Shown: piece by piece, positions 1-10,559 of the stretch
Numbering within the stretch: the first letter of the stretch is position 1
How the letters are laid out: each line of letters begins with the position of its first letter
Assembly (NCBI GenBank): GCA_963775465.1
Contig: CAVZIW010000015.1
Location: 1-64,000, forward strand
Direction of reading: 5' to 3'
Source of the DNA: Candidatus Bathyarchaeota archaeon
Lineage (GTDB): Archaea > Thermoproteota > Bathyarchaeia > Bathyarchaeales > Bathycorpusculaceae
Length of the DNA stretch: 64,000 nt
Made by a program: the position numbers and the translations under genes
The notes under the pieces: model-generated
Database searches by the model: none
The model's input: only the letters and a program-made list of their open reading frames with translations
Told to the model about the DNA's origin: nothing

Positions 1-91
1 TTCGACGTCGACCTCAAAAGACACTTACAGAACAACATTTAACCCCCGCCCCAATTGTCTTTTTCTGAAGTACCCTTTTTTTACAGTGGCT

Positions 92-247
92 TTATCCCAA
101 ATACACTTCACTTGCCACTTTAAAGCAATGCCCGCAGACGTTGCATCTATAAGCGTCGATTTGGAAAAAGCAGTTTTCAAGAGATTTCTCTGGTTTATTT
201 TGTTCTTTTCCACAGTTTGGGCATTTAATCAAAATAGCTTTGTTCAT
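92..247 (-). CDS. Small zinc-ribbon protein (CPNC...CNVC), possibly Cren7-like
   Basis: 51 aa from ATG at 247 (MNKAILIKCPNCGKEQNKPEK...YRCNVCGHCFK), with two CxxC pairs; similar to 13022..13246. Confidence 0.6.
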   Translation of the reverse strand: MNKAILIKCPNCGKEQNKPEKSLENCFFQIDAYRCNVCGHCFKVASEVYLG

Positions 248-395
248 AATTGAAACAACTACTAACGTGAGAAAAATCAATAAAAAGTTGTGTTGTTGCG
301 CTGAAGATACAACAAGTTTGGACTTAAGTTCGGGTAAGATAAAGTTAGAGAAAGATTTGAAATTTTAAATTTAATGCAGCAAACTTCGGCTTAAG

Positions 396-1277
396 CTAAT
401 GTGTCATGGCAAGCTCGTTACTTAGTTTTTGTAATTGGTTAAAAAGCACGCAGTGTCCTTCATCAGGAAAAAGTTTGACTGCAGTGTCTTTAACTTTTTG
501 TGCGATTTTTTGTGCGTTGTCAACTAGACATGTTTTATCTTGAGTTCCTTGCCACAAGGTTAGCTTTCCCGCTGGAATTCGTTCTACACTCTCGCTCCAA
601 GGTTTCAGAAATAATTGGTGCTCTTGGAAAACTGTTTTTACACTATTCTGCTGCCTAAACCCTTCTGCCATTGCTGCATACATCTTCTTTAACCATGCTT
701 CGTCCGCAAAGAATTTTCTGTCGGGGATAGGCCAGTCCGCTACCATCTTTTTGCCACTGCGAGATTTTAGATAACTCCCCACGTCTTTGTTTGCCTTGAG
801 GATCGATCTTCGGAAGAACTTCAACCCCCACGTTGCAAGGAAACTGTTTTTCATGACGACTTTTGCGAGGGGATTTCCATTGTGTGCTTCCGAAACATCG
901 AAAGGCAAAGTTGGGCAGCTAACGGCTAGGGCGTGAGTTACCTGCTGCGGGTATAGTGAGATATGTGTCAATGCGAATGGTCCTCCTCCTGACCAGCTCA
1001 AAACTGAATAATTGTCCAGCTTCAAGTATTCAGTCAGTGCTTTAACGTCCTTGGAAAACTCGCATAGTCCGATTCTATTTGTAAAAGTTGATAAACCATA
1101 TCCAGGTCGATCGATACCTATTAATTGGAATCGATTTTCATGGATGAATTCTTCTAAGAGCAAAATTTCTAAACGGCTACTTGCGGTGCCGTGAAAATAG
1201 ATAACTGGGTTGCCTTCGCCAATTACTTTGTATCCAAGCTGGCGTTTGTCTGGTAATTTGAGCGTTTTATTGACCAT
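396..1277 (-). CDS. Alpha/beta-fold hydrolase
   Basis: FHGT oxyanion motif, DRPGYGLS, nucleophile elbow SWSGGG, C-terminal GTQD and EGH. Confidence 0.9.
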   Translation of the reverse strand: MVNKTLKLPDKRQLGYKVIGEGNPVIYFHGTASSRLEILLLEEFIHENRFQLIGIDRPGYGLSTFTNRIGLCEFSKDVKALTEYLKLDNYSVLSWSGGGPFALTHISLYPQQVTHALAVSCPTLPFDVSEAHNGNPLAKVVMKNSFLATWGLKFFRRSILKANKDVGSYLKSRSGKKMVADWPIPDRKFFADEAWLKKMYAAMAEGFRQQNSVKTVFQEHQLFLKPWSESVERIPAGKLTLWQGTQDKTCLVDNAQKIAQKVKDTAVKLFPDEGHCVLFNQLQKLSNELAMTH

Positions 1278-1699
1278 TGGTCCTTAACCTTTTTGACTGC
1301 AATTTTATGAGTATTGAAGTAATACTTCTACTGCGCCTATAGAGTTTCTCATCCATTTTTTTCAATTGGAAAATTTTTCACTTATAACTAAACCTTCTAC
1401 AGCTGATTAGAGTAGCTGGATTCTTATGGAACATGGAAAGTCATTGTGAAAAAACCTAAATTATGTATAGTTTCTAAGCGAAAACTCTGATTGCGTATTT
1501 TTTGTTCAATGAAATATTCAAGCAATTCTAAGCCAACACAAACAGCACTTTTTCCCTTTCTGTTTTACCAATAATGAAGTAAAGATAGAAAAAGTAAATT
1601 TTAATGGCTGAACTTACAAAACCATAAATCTAAACTAAATATTGAATAATACTTGCAAACCTGGACTTTTAGTCCAAATTAAACCACTTGATACGTCTA

Positions 1700-2200
1700 T
1701 CAGATACCATAATCGTAGTTCTTGAAATCGATATCTAAATTAATAAGTCTTTGAGGTTTGTCCATTTTAAGATCTTGAATCAATTCAATGGTTGCTCTTG
1801 TATCAAGATGGTATAAAGACCAAATATTTTCGACGATTAAAAGATGAAAATTCAACAATTCAATTCCGGCAACCTCAAAATCCTTTAGAAGTCTAAAATA
1901 ACTCTTTGGAATGGCAATTCCATAGAAAGTCCACAAGTCACGTTTATCCATTTTTCGCAGTACTTCACCTATTGCAAACAGCAACTCTCTTAATCGCAAA
2001 ATGTCCGATATGTCTTCTTTTTCCCCAATGGCAAATATAACAAATTTCTCCTTATTTTTTGTGGCCTTTATGTTTAAGCCAACTTCAAATTTATCTGAAA
2101 AAGTTGCAACACTGTATTTTGCTGTTTCAAAATGATTTTTTACGCTATCAACAACCTCTAGCAAAGATAATTTACCATTATTTGAATTAATTTTTGCCAT
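1700..2200 (-). CDS. Hypothetical protein, possible degenerate restriction-endonuclease-like fold
   Basis: 166 aa ORF in an AT-rich region; GLNIKATK...VIFAIG resembles G-DI-A-K...IEAKG with catalytic residues lost. Confidence 0.6.
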   Translation of the reverse strand: MAKINSNNGKLSLLEVVDSVKNHFETAKYSVATFSDKFEVGLNIKATKNKEKFVIFAIGEKEDISDILRLRELLFAIGEVLRKMDKRDLWTFYGIAIPKSYFRLLKDFEVAGIELLNFHLLIVENIWSLYHLDTRATIELIQDLKMDKPQRLINLDIDFKNYDYGI

Positions 2201-2638
2201 TTTTTTTTAACTTCCAACATAGTTATTCTTCAAATCAATAAATCTGTAATTTACTATTTTCTTAGTATCTAGCTATTCAAGTTAAATTACATGAATCATG
2301 TAGCTAAATAGACACTAAGGTTTGAGCTGTATTAAACTATTTTGAAAATAAGTGTGATCTTTTAAAAGATATATTTGATTGATAAGCTTGTTTCATCAGA
2401 GCAAAAGGGAAAATAATAATTTATGATTCGTTTCCTATTACTCCGCAGCTTTATATTTTATGAAATTTATAGATCAAAATTTGTTGTCAACAGAAAAAGC
2501 AAATAAGAACATTACAGAGATGGTAAAGTTGCTTCAAATCCTTGGCAAGTATAATAAGATTTGAAATTCTAAAAAAAGCTTTCAAGAAGGTAATGTTTTA
2601 ATTATCTGTGGCTTTAAAACCTAAAATAGGTATTCAAC

Positions 2639-4412
2639 TTGAGTAAAGATGCTAAATGCAACAAAGCCGAATGCGACAAATTCACGGCTATAAACGAGTT
2701 GGCTAAGCGTAGAGGGTTTTTTTGGTCGTCTTTTGAGATTTACGGAGGCAGCGGAGGCTTTGTAACTTACGGTCCCTTGGGTACGCGCCTGAAGCAGAAT
2801 GTTGAGGGTAAGCTTAGGGAGCTTTTTGTTAAGAAACTTGGGGTTTTCGAGATTGAATCCTCAGTTATTACACCAGGCAAGATCTTTGAAGCTTCAGGTC
2901 ATGTGGACCATTTCAAAGAGCCAATGGTCGAATGCCTAAATTGCCATCAACGATTTCGCGCTGACCATTTGCTGGAAGAAAAAGGAATAAGCAGCGCTGA
3001 AGCGGAAAAAATGACGCTTGATGAGGTAGCAAAAGAAATTGATTATCATAGTGTTGTCTGTCCAGACTGCGGCGGCAAATTCGGTTTCCCTCAACGTTAT
3101 TTAACTATGTTTGAAACTACAATTGGCCCCTACTCAGGTTCAACTGGTTACGGCAGACCCGAAGCAGCACAAAACATATTCGTCGAATTCAACAGACTCT
3201 ACACTGCAGCCCGTGAACGTCTCCCCTTTGGATGCATCCAAATTGGTCACGCCCTGAGAAACGAGATCTCGCCACGTCAAGGCTTAATTCGCCTGCGCGA
3301 ATTCACAATAGCAGACTTGGAGTTCTTCTTTGACCCCGAAGAACCAATCTGCGATAAACTAAAAGAAGTGGAAAAAGATGTTTTGCCTATTCTCTTATGC
3401 GAAACGCGTCTAAAAGAATGTGAAGAAACAACAGAATTTACAGTCAGGGATGCATTAGATAAGAGAATTATTCTTTCGGAATGGCAAGCCTTTTTCATGG
3501 CAATGGCTAAACGTCTCCTAGTTGAAATTGGTGTTCCAGCAAATAAGCAACGTTTCATCGAAAAACTCACATGGGAAAAAGCTCACTACAGTAGTCAAAG
3601 CTTTGATCAAGAAGTCTATGTGGACCGTTGGGGTTGGGTTGAAGTTTCAGGCCACGCTTACCGAACCGACTTCGACTTGTCCTGTCACATGAAAGCCAGC
3701 GGCGTCGATATGACTGTTTACAAAGAATATCCAACTGCCGTTAGAGAAGGAAGAGCTGGTTGTTAAACCAATTATGGCTAAACTTGGTCCAGTCTATAAG
3801 GGCGATGCAGGGAAAGCGGCTGCCTTGTTGGCAAAGCTTCCAGCAAAACAGATTGTAGACGCTATGGAGAAAGATGGCTCCATTATGGTCGATAACTATC
3901 AAATCTTCAAAGAGCAAGTAGATATAGTCAAACAAAAAATAATTGTCAGGGGCACACGGTTTGTTCCGCATGTTGTTGAACCGAGCTTTGGTTCGGATAG
4001 GCTCTTTTATGTAGCATTGGAGTACGCTTACGGCATCAAGGATGACCGTGTTATAATGAGCTTCCCGCGAAGTATTGTACCAATTCAAATTGGAGTCTAC
4101 CCGCTTATGAGCAAAGACGGTTTAGACGTTAAGGCTAAAGAAATTCAAAATATGCTCGTATGCGAAGGTTTTATGACAGAGTTTGATGAAACTGGCTCGA
4201 TTGGCAGAAGATACGCAAGAGCTGATGAGGTAGGTGTTCAGCTTGGTATAACAATCGACTACGATAGCTTAGAAGATGATACCGTAACCATTCGTGACCG
4301 TGACACTTGGCAGCAAGTACGCACTCCAGCCAAAAACTTACCTAAACTTTTACACCAATACTTTGAGAACAAAATAAACTTTGAACAGTTAGGGAGCATA
4401 ATTAGAAGTTAA
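2639..4412 (+). CDS. glyS: Glycine--tRNA ligase (archaeal/eukaryal type), split by one extra base at ~3741-3743
   Basis: RRGFF..SFEIYGG, RPEAAQ, RNEISPRQGLIRLREF, PHVVEPSFG, GSIGRRYARADEVG; removing one base from GTTAGAG joins ORFs 2639..3766 and 3774..4412 (PTAVEKEELVVKPIMAKLGP). Confidence 0.93.
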
Positions 4413-4487
4413 GTAGTTAGCTTTTTTAATGCATCCTTATAACAGGGTATTGATTATTTCAAGATAGATAAAAGGGGCTATACAGGT

Positions 4488-5147
4488 TTGGTACTTCCAT
4501 CAGAAACAGAAGAGCGTGTGAAACGTCGTGCATTAAACGCTTGCCAAGATAACTTACGTAAGGTTTTAGATGTTTCAAGAAAAATTCCACAAATGGTAGA
4601 GTTTTTTGCAAGCGGAGACAAAGATGGCGCACGCAGGCTTTTCTCCGAAATCCGTGCAGGAGAAGAAGAAGTAATCAAGGCAAGGCGCATGGTCTCTCAA
4701 GAGCTTGCTGAAATAGGTGCCATACTTATTTCTCGTGAAGATTTTCTCCGATTCACCAATCTGTCTAGCGAAATTGCGGATTTCTCGGAAGGTATTGCAC
4801 ATTACCTTGTCGAGATTATGGAACACAACTGGGTTGTTTCACCCGAAATTAAAAAAGACCTGCTAAAGCTTTCATCAGTAGTTCTAGATTCAGTTTTAAA
4901 GCTGCGTGAAACTTTAATGGTTCTCAATTATGGTCCACAAAAAACATTGGAACGCGCCAAAGATGTCGAAATCGCCGAACGCATAGTTGATGACCATTAC
5001 CGAGCTCTAACTATCAAAGTCTTAAGCAGCAAGCTAGAAGTACCTGTCCTGCTCCTCCTCCGAGATGTCTTGCAACTACTTGAAAACTCTGCTGATAAAG
5101 CTGAAGACGCCGCAGACGCAGCACGAACAATCTCATTCATCATGTAA
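4488..5147 (+). CDS. DUF47/PhoU-like phosphate transport regulator family protein
   Basis: Helical protein with REDFL, E..VDD.YR and ADKAEDAAD motifs. Confidence 0.75.
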   Translation: MVLPSETEERVKRRALNACQDNLRKVLDVSRKIPQMVEFFASGDKDGARRLFSEIRAGEEEVIKARRMVSQELAEIGAILISREDFLRFTNLSSEIADFSEGIAHYLVEIMEHNWVVSPEIKKDLLKLSSVVLDSVLKLRETLMVLNYGPQKTLERAKDVEIAERIVDDHYRALTIKVLSSKLEVPVLLLLRDVLQLLENSADKAEDAADAARTISFIM

Positions 5148-5159
5148 TGAGTCTTTGTC

Positions 5160-5714
5160 ATGCAAAAAACAAAGGTTGAACTCATCGAAAACTTTTTAGT
5201 CGTATGGAACCCCCAAGAGGGCTCCCAACTCTACAAAAACAGCTACTTTGGCAAACCCATAGGTATTGCTAAACCTAAAATTCCAGAGTTTGACGTGCCT
5301 TTGGTTTTGGATCTTATGGAAGGGCTTTATCTTGCGGAGAAAGAAAAAATAGAAATCTACCAAAATCCAAACGAAACAAAAGTTAGTTTAAAAAAACTCC
5401 GCCAAAAAACCAGACAACTCTACGATGAATTTGAAGAAAAATACCTAGTTTATCATGACCTGCGAGAAGGCGGCTTAATCGTCACTCCAGGAATAAAATT
5501 CGGCTGCGACTTCGCAGTTTACAAGTACGGACCAGGAGTAGAGCATGCTCCTTACATGGTCACCGTGAAACGTGCAGGCTCAGACATTTCAGCAACAGAA
5601 ATAGTAAAAAACGGTCGATTAGCAACCACGGTGCGTAAACGCTTCATTATAGCAGTACCAGATATGGATTCAAAAAAAATAAAATATTTAATTTTTAAGT
5701 GGTTTAAGGCTTAG
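5160..5714 (+). CDS. endA: tRNA-intron endonuclease, catalytic subunit
   Basis: LDLMEGLYL, VYHDLR, GIKFGCDFAVY..GPG.EHAPY, RLATTVRK with the Tyr/His/Lys catalytic triad. Confidence 0.92.
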   Translation: MQKTKVELIENFLVVWNPQEGSQLYKNSYFGKPIGIAKPKIPEFDVPLVLDLMEGLYLAEKEKIEIYQNPNETKVSLKKLRQKTRQLYDEFEEKYLVYHDLREGGLIVTPGIKFGCDFAVYKYGPGVEHAPYMVTVKRAGSDISATEIVKNGRLATTVRKRFIIAVPDMDSKKIKYLIFKWFKA

Positions 5715-7024
5715 TTCGCGAGTATGGTTTGGTTTTGAAATTCGCCTCTTATCCGTTGGTGAGGATAAATCTTTGTAGCTGCGAGTGAGCATCCTTCCTC
5801 TAAGGTAACATCGTCAGCGATTACACTTACAGCTGTGATCCTGGTTGGCTTTCGGGCGCTTGAGTTTACCGCGACGTGTCTGCCTATTATGCTGTCGTAG
5901 ATTTCAGCGTCTTCGCCAATGATTACGCGGTCCATAACTGCAGAGTTTTCAATTACTGCATTCTTGCCGATTCTAGTAAAATTGTCAATGCAAGAGTTTA
6001 CAATTCGCGCGCCATCCTCAATCTGGCAATGGCGTCCAATTAATACGGCACCCTCAATTTCAATTTTTTTCTGCTTGATTTTTTGAATAATGTCTTGTCG
6101 ACGCTTCTCTGAGTCGTTGCTATCGCCCTGCACCCAAACCTTTTTTTCTCCGTTTAGTCTTCCGCCAAAATCCTTCAGCGTGGAAAACTCTCCATGGAGA
6201 AGGTTTTTCATAGCTTCCAAATAGTTTTTGGGTGTACCGACATCAAACCAGCTTCCTTTCAGGGAGTAACCGTAAACTGGGTATCCGCACTGAATGACAT
6301 ATGGAATGAAATCGTAACCAAAGTCTAAGCGGTTCTTTTCTTTAATGATTTGCTTAACTCCTTTTTCTTTGAAAATCTTTCTTATTTCAGGTGACAAAAC
6401 ATACAAACCTGTGTTTGCAAGGTTGCTTGGGGCATCTTTAGGTTCTGGTTTTTCAACAAAACGGCGTATTTGTCCATTCTTGTTTATATCGGCTATTCCT
6501 AAACCTTCAACATTGTCGACTTCTCGAAGTACGATTGTTAGCGCGGCGCCTTTTTCTTTGTGGAAATCCATCAAGTTTTTGATCTTAAGGTCAAAGATGT
6601 TATCACCTTGAACTGCAAAAACAGGACAGTTAAGTTCATAGTATTCCATGTTTATTCGGGCGGAATCGGCACTGCCTAAATCGGATACGTTTGGCTGATA
6701 TTTTATGTGTATGCGAGGTTTTATGTTGTAGCGGACAGAAAACCCGTATCCTGCCTGAAAATAATCGTAAAGATCCCTGTAGTTGGTGTAGCCTTTGACG
6801 CCGAAGATGAAGTTGCGTATGCCTTGACTTGCCAATGAAAGAAGGGAAAACTCAACCAGTGGCCTATTAAGAAGTCGGAGGCATGCTTTGCTTGTTTCAG
6901 CAGTTAAAGGTAAGAGACGTGTTGCTTTGCCTCCTACGGGAATTATGACTCTTATCTTTTCTGGACTGTAATTATCGCCGACTAGAGGAGCATAGTTGTT
7001 GTTTGTCAAGTTTTCACCAAACAT
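5711..7024 (-). CDS. NDP-sugar synthase (sugar-phosphate nucleotidyltransferase with hexapeptide beta-helix)
   Basis: GGKATRLLPLT..SK, FVEKP, NTGLY, WFDVG and C-terminal hexapeptide repeats. Confidence 0.9.
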   Translation of the reverse strand: MFGENLTNNNYAPLVGDNYSPEKIRVIIPVGGKATRLLPLTAETSKACLRLLNRPLVEFSLLSLASQGIRNFIFGVKGYTNYRDLYDYFQAGYGFSVRYNIKPRIHIKYQPNVSDLGSADSARINMEYYELNCPVFAVQGDNIFDLKIKNLMDFHKEKGAALTIVLREVDNVEGLGIADINKNGQIRRFVEKPEPKDAPSNLANTGLYVLSPEIRKIFKEKGVKQIIKEKNRLDFGYDFIPYVIQCGYPVYGYSLKGSWFDVGTPKNYLEAMKNLLHGEFSTLKDFGGRLNGEKKVWVQGDSNDSEKRRQDIIQKIKQKKIEIEGAVLIGRHCQIEDGARIVNSCIDNFTRIGKNAVIENSAVMDRVIIGEDAEIYDSIIGRHVAVNSSARKPTRITAVSVIADDVTLEEGCSLAATKIYPHQRIRGEFQNQTILAN

Positions 7025-7145
7025 TAGGAATAGGGTGTGTAAATGCTTTTAATGTTTCTCCGTGAAAGTTTACCTGCGATTTGTTTTTTGTCTTTACGTG
7101 AGTTGTCTTTGTTTGCGGTGTCATATATCGAATGATAGCACTAAC

Positions 7146-7240
7146 TTTATTAATAATGATGTTAAACGATAATGTTTAACGGATATAGTACCTCAAGTAA
7201 TTCTATTTTTGAGGTATTTTATCCATTATTAAAAGGAGAA
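7146..7240 (+). promoter_or_regulatory. Promoter and leader of beta-propeller paralog 1: TATA, palindrome, 5' hairpin, RBS
   Basis: TTTATTAATA 7146-7155; GTTAAAC-N6-GTTTAAC 7161-7180; stem GGATA..TACCTCAA / TTGAGGTA..TATCC 7181-7224; AGGAGA before TTG 7247. Confidence 0.65.
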
Positions 7241-7246
7241 AAAAAA

Positions 7247-9967
7247 TTGAATACCCTAAAAAAAGAAATTATGGCTATTGTATTTGCAACATTGCTAATC
7301 GCTTCTATGTCACTCGCAGTCATACCTTCCGCTACAGTCAGCGCACACACTCCACCATGGGATCTCACAACATTTGCATACATTAACGTAGCACCTAACC
7401 CTGTTGGCGTAGGTCAACAAGCCAGCATCTTAATGTGGCTGGACAAAACCTTTGACCCATCAATTTCACTAACAAACGACTACAGATTCCACAACTACAA
7501 ACTCACCATAACAGCACCAGACGGTTCAGTTACAACCCAGACTTTCGAAACAGTAATTGACACAACATCATCACAATTCTTCGCATACACTCCAGACCAA
7601 GTTGGCACATACACTCTTGACTTCGACTTTCCAGGACAAGAATTCAACCAATACTCGCATCCGCCAAACTCAAACTTTGTTAACGACACCTATCTACCTA
7701 GTTCAGCATCAACAACACTCGTAGTTCAAGAAGATCCACTACCAGACCCAATTACCAGCTATCCGTTACCTCAAGAATATTGGACACGCCCAATCTACGG
7801 TGAAAACACCGACTGGTGGGCTATCTCATCCAACTGGCTAGGCGTTGGTGCACCAGGCTTCCGAGTTTGGTCTAACGCAGTTTTAGACAGGTATCCAGGT
7901 GACGCAGTAGGACCGCTAACTCCACACATTATGTGGACTAAACCAATTCAAATGGGCGGAGTCGTCGGAGGCACAATAAGCACACGTGAAGACCTAAACG
8001 GAAACACTTGGTTTGAAGGTTCTGCATACAATCAAAGATATGCAAACCCAATCATCGTCGCTGGAATGCTAATCTACAATCCACCAGTATCATACACTGG
8101 TTCAAACAGCGGACCAACAACCTGCGTTGACTTACAAACAGGTGAAGTACTCTGGTCTCGATCAGATGTACCCGCTATATCATTTGCATCCATCTACGAC
8201 GTTGAAGACCCACAGCAGCACGGAGTTTACCCCGCAATATTATATACCAGCAACTTTGGACAAGCCTATGACGCATACACTGGCGAAAAGCTATTTGATG
8301 TTAGGAACGTTCCAGGCAATGCAGGATTCTTTGGCGGTGGAGCTGCAATTGCTCTAGGAGACCAAGGTGAAACCCTACGATATGTCTGGACAAACACAGG
8401 CTCATTCTCGAACCCAAGCTACACATTAGGCGAATGGAACTCAACTTTGCTATTTAACGGTGCAGGATTCTCAAGTGGCACAGGTCTATCACCAGCAGCT
8501 GACCTAACTACCGTTACTACAACAACAAACGTTACGACAACAACCTACGTGAACGGCTCATTAGTTACGACAATTACTCCAACCACAACAACTTCTCGAA
8601 GCGTAGATGCAGGCGCTGCAAACCGTTATGATTGGGTTGTCGACATGCCAGGCTTCAGAAGCGCACCAAATCCAGTTGGAGTTATCCCAGGCGATATAGC
8701 AATATACCAAAACGGTACCCTTCCAGGATTAGCAACTTCACAATTCGGTGCAACCAGTGATGTCCCATACACATACTTCGCAGTTAGTCTACTACCAGGT
8801 CATGAAGGTCAAGTACTTTGGATGAATAGCTACAACCCACCTCCAAATAACATTACTGTCTTGCTAGGCGGAATTGATCCAGTAAACCGTGTCTTCTTCG
8901 AAGGATACAAAGAAACAATGCAGTGGACTGGCTACGACATGGACACAGGCGCCAAAGTTTGGGGTCCAACTCCAATGCAAACATCTCTAGACTACTATGG
9001 CAACCCAGCGTTACCCTACATTAACGGCCAAGTCGCATACGGCAAACTCTACAGCTCACAATTAGGCGGAATTCTATATTGCTATGATATGGCAAACGGC
9101 GAATTACTCTGGACATTCGGCAACGGCGACACGTCTGACAACTCTACAAACGCAGGAAGATACGTTGCATATGGTCACTACCCAACATTCGTACAAGCTG
9201 TCGGAAATGACGTAATCTATACCGTTACAACAGAACACACCGTCAACACTCCAATCTACAAAGGCGCAATGGCACGAGCAATTAACGCAACCACCGGACT
9301 GCAAATCTGGGAACTATCTGGCTACACAGGCGAATTCTTCACCATGAGCACAGCAATCGCAGACGGTTTCGAAACATGGTTTAACGGCTATGATAACCAA
9401 ATCTACGTAATCGGCAGAGGACCAAGTGCAACAACCGCATCAGTCTCGCAAGTCGGCGCAGTTGGCCAAAACGTCGTTATTCAAGGTAGAGTAACTGACA
9501 TTTCATCCGGCACAACCCAAACCGAGCAAGCAGGACGATTCCCACACGGAGTTCCAGTAGCATCTGATGCAAGCATGAGTGACTGGATGGGATACGTATA
9601 TCAACAGAAACCATTGCCAACTGACTTCATGGGTGTTGATGTAACAATCGATGTCCTTGACGCAAACGGCAACTACAGAAACATAGGCACAGCAACAACT
9701 GACGCAAGCGGATTCTACACAATGAGCTGGCCAGCTGACATCTCAGGAGACTACCTAGTAATCGCAACATTCCACGGAACACAAGGATACTGGCCATCAT
9801 TCTCTGAAACAAGCTTTAACGTTATGGAAGCAGCAGCAACTCCAGCACCAACCGAAGCGCCACCAGCATCAAACACTGACATGTACGTATTAGCCGCAGC
9901 AGTCGCAATCATAGTTGTCATAATCATCGCTGCTATAGCGATAATTATGCTGCTCAAAAAACCATAA
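7247..9967 (+). CDS. Secreted, C-terminally anchored PQQ-like beta-propeller protein (paralog 1)
   Basis: Signal peptide, PNPVGVGQ, LPQEYWTRPI, repeated D..TG...W blades, RFPHGVP..SDASMSDWM, Ig-like C-domain, TM plus KKP; TTG 7247 follows the RBS. Confidence 0.85.
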   Translation: MNTLKKEIMAIVFATLLIASMSLAVIPSATVSAHTPPWDLTTFAYINVAPNPVGVGQQASILMWLDKTFDPSISLTNDYRFHNYKLTITAPDGSVTTQTFETVIDTTSSQFFAYTPDQVGTYTLDFDFPGQEFNQYSHPPNSNFVNDTYLPSSASTTLVVQEDPLPDPITSYPLPQEYWTRPIYGENTDWWAISSNWLGVGAPGFRVWSNAVLDRYPGDAVGPLTPHIMWTKPIQMGGVVGGTISTREDLNGNTWFEGSAYNQRYANPIIVAGMLIYNPPVSYTGSNSGPTTCVDLQTGEVLWSRSDVPAISFASIYDVEDPQQHGVYPAILYTSNFGQAYDAYTGEKLFDVRNVPGNAGFFGGGAAIALGDQGETLRYVWTNTGSFSNPSYTLGEWNSTLLFNGAGFSSGTGLSPAADLTTVTTTTNVTTTTYVNGSLVTTITPTTTTSRSVDAGAANRYDWVVDMPGFRSAPNPVGVIPGDIAIYQNGTLPGLATSQFGATSDVPYTYFAVSLLPGHEGQVLWMNSYNPPPNNITVLLGGIDPVNRVFFEGYKETMQWTGYDMDTGAKVWGPTPMQTSLDYYGNPALPYINGQVAYGKLYSSQLGGILYCYDMANGELLWTFGNGDTSDNSTNAGRYVAYGHYPTFVQAVGNDVIYTVTTEHTVNTPIYKGAMARAINATTGLQIWELSGYTGEFFTMSTAIADGFETWFNGYDNQIYVIGRGPSATTASVSQVGAVGQNVVIQGRVTDISSGTTQTEQAGRFPHGVPVASDASMSDWMGYVYQQKPLPTDFMGVDVTIDVLDANGNYRNIGTATTDASGFYTMSWPADISGDYLVIATFHGTQGYWPSFSETSFNVMEAAATPAPTEAPPASNTDMYVLAAAVAIIVVIIIAAIAIIMLLKKP

Positions 9968-9989
9968 GTAAGCAACAACCAAAAAATTT

Positions 9990-10009
9990 CCCTCTCTTTT
10001 CTTTTTTTT
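9990..10009 (+). terminator. CCCTCTC plus T-tract terminator
   Basis: CCCTCTCTTTTCTTTTTTTT just after the stop; related motifs follow the other paralogs. Confidence 0.6.
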
Positions 10010-10028
10010 AAGCTCTTAAGAAAATGCG

Positions 10029-10442
10029 TTATTTTCTAAAAGTTGGTAACCTAATTAAATGCACACTTACTCCTAAAGCTATTATTAAGAGGGCAAGTTG
10101 CGCAATAAAAAACTCGTTTACCACCATAATCGCTGAGTAAAGTATCCCTGCCCAAAGAACAGCAACCGCAAGTAATTTTGTTTTAAGTGGAATTCCTTTA
10201 CCTTCACGGTAGTTTTTTATGTATTTTCCAAACCACCTGTTACCCAGAAGCCAGTTATACATCCGCTCAGAACTCCGAAAATAGCAGGCGGCAGACAAAA
10301 GCAGGAAAGGCGTAGTTGGAAGAATAGGCAAAAAAATTCCGATCGCGCCCAAGACGAGACAGACTGTTCCCGCAGTCAACAATAATGGTTTGAGTATCCT
10401 TTGTTTCTTAGATGTCGCTGGCCGATTTTGTGAGGTAGCCAT
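10029..10442 (-). CDS. YbaN/DUF454 family membrane protein
   Basis: GIFLPILPTTPFLLLSAACY.RSS signature. Confidence 0.9.
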   Translation of the reverse strand: MATSQNRPATSKKQRILKPLLLTAGTVCLVLGAIGIFLPILPTTPFLLLSAACYFRSSERMYNWLLGNRWFGKYIKNYREGKGIPLKTKLLAVAVLWAGILYSAIMVVNEFFIAQLALLIIALGVSVHLIRLPTFRK

Positions 10443-10559
10443 TTAAGACCGCTAAAACAATGTCCTTGTAAAATAAAAACTAGCATGTCTACAAGCTACA
10501 ATAAGTGGAATTTTTATAACTACCAAACTACAACTACAGTAACCAAACGGTTAAAAGGC

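Noticed and set aside
7172-7246. ORF-track ATG start for paralog 1
   Set aside because: It lies inside the promoter palindrome; the RBS and signal peptide point to TTG 7247.
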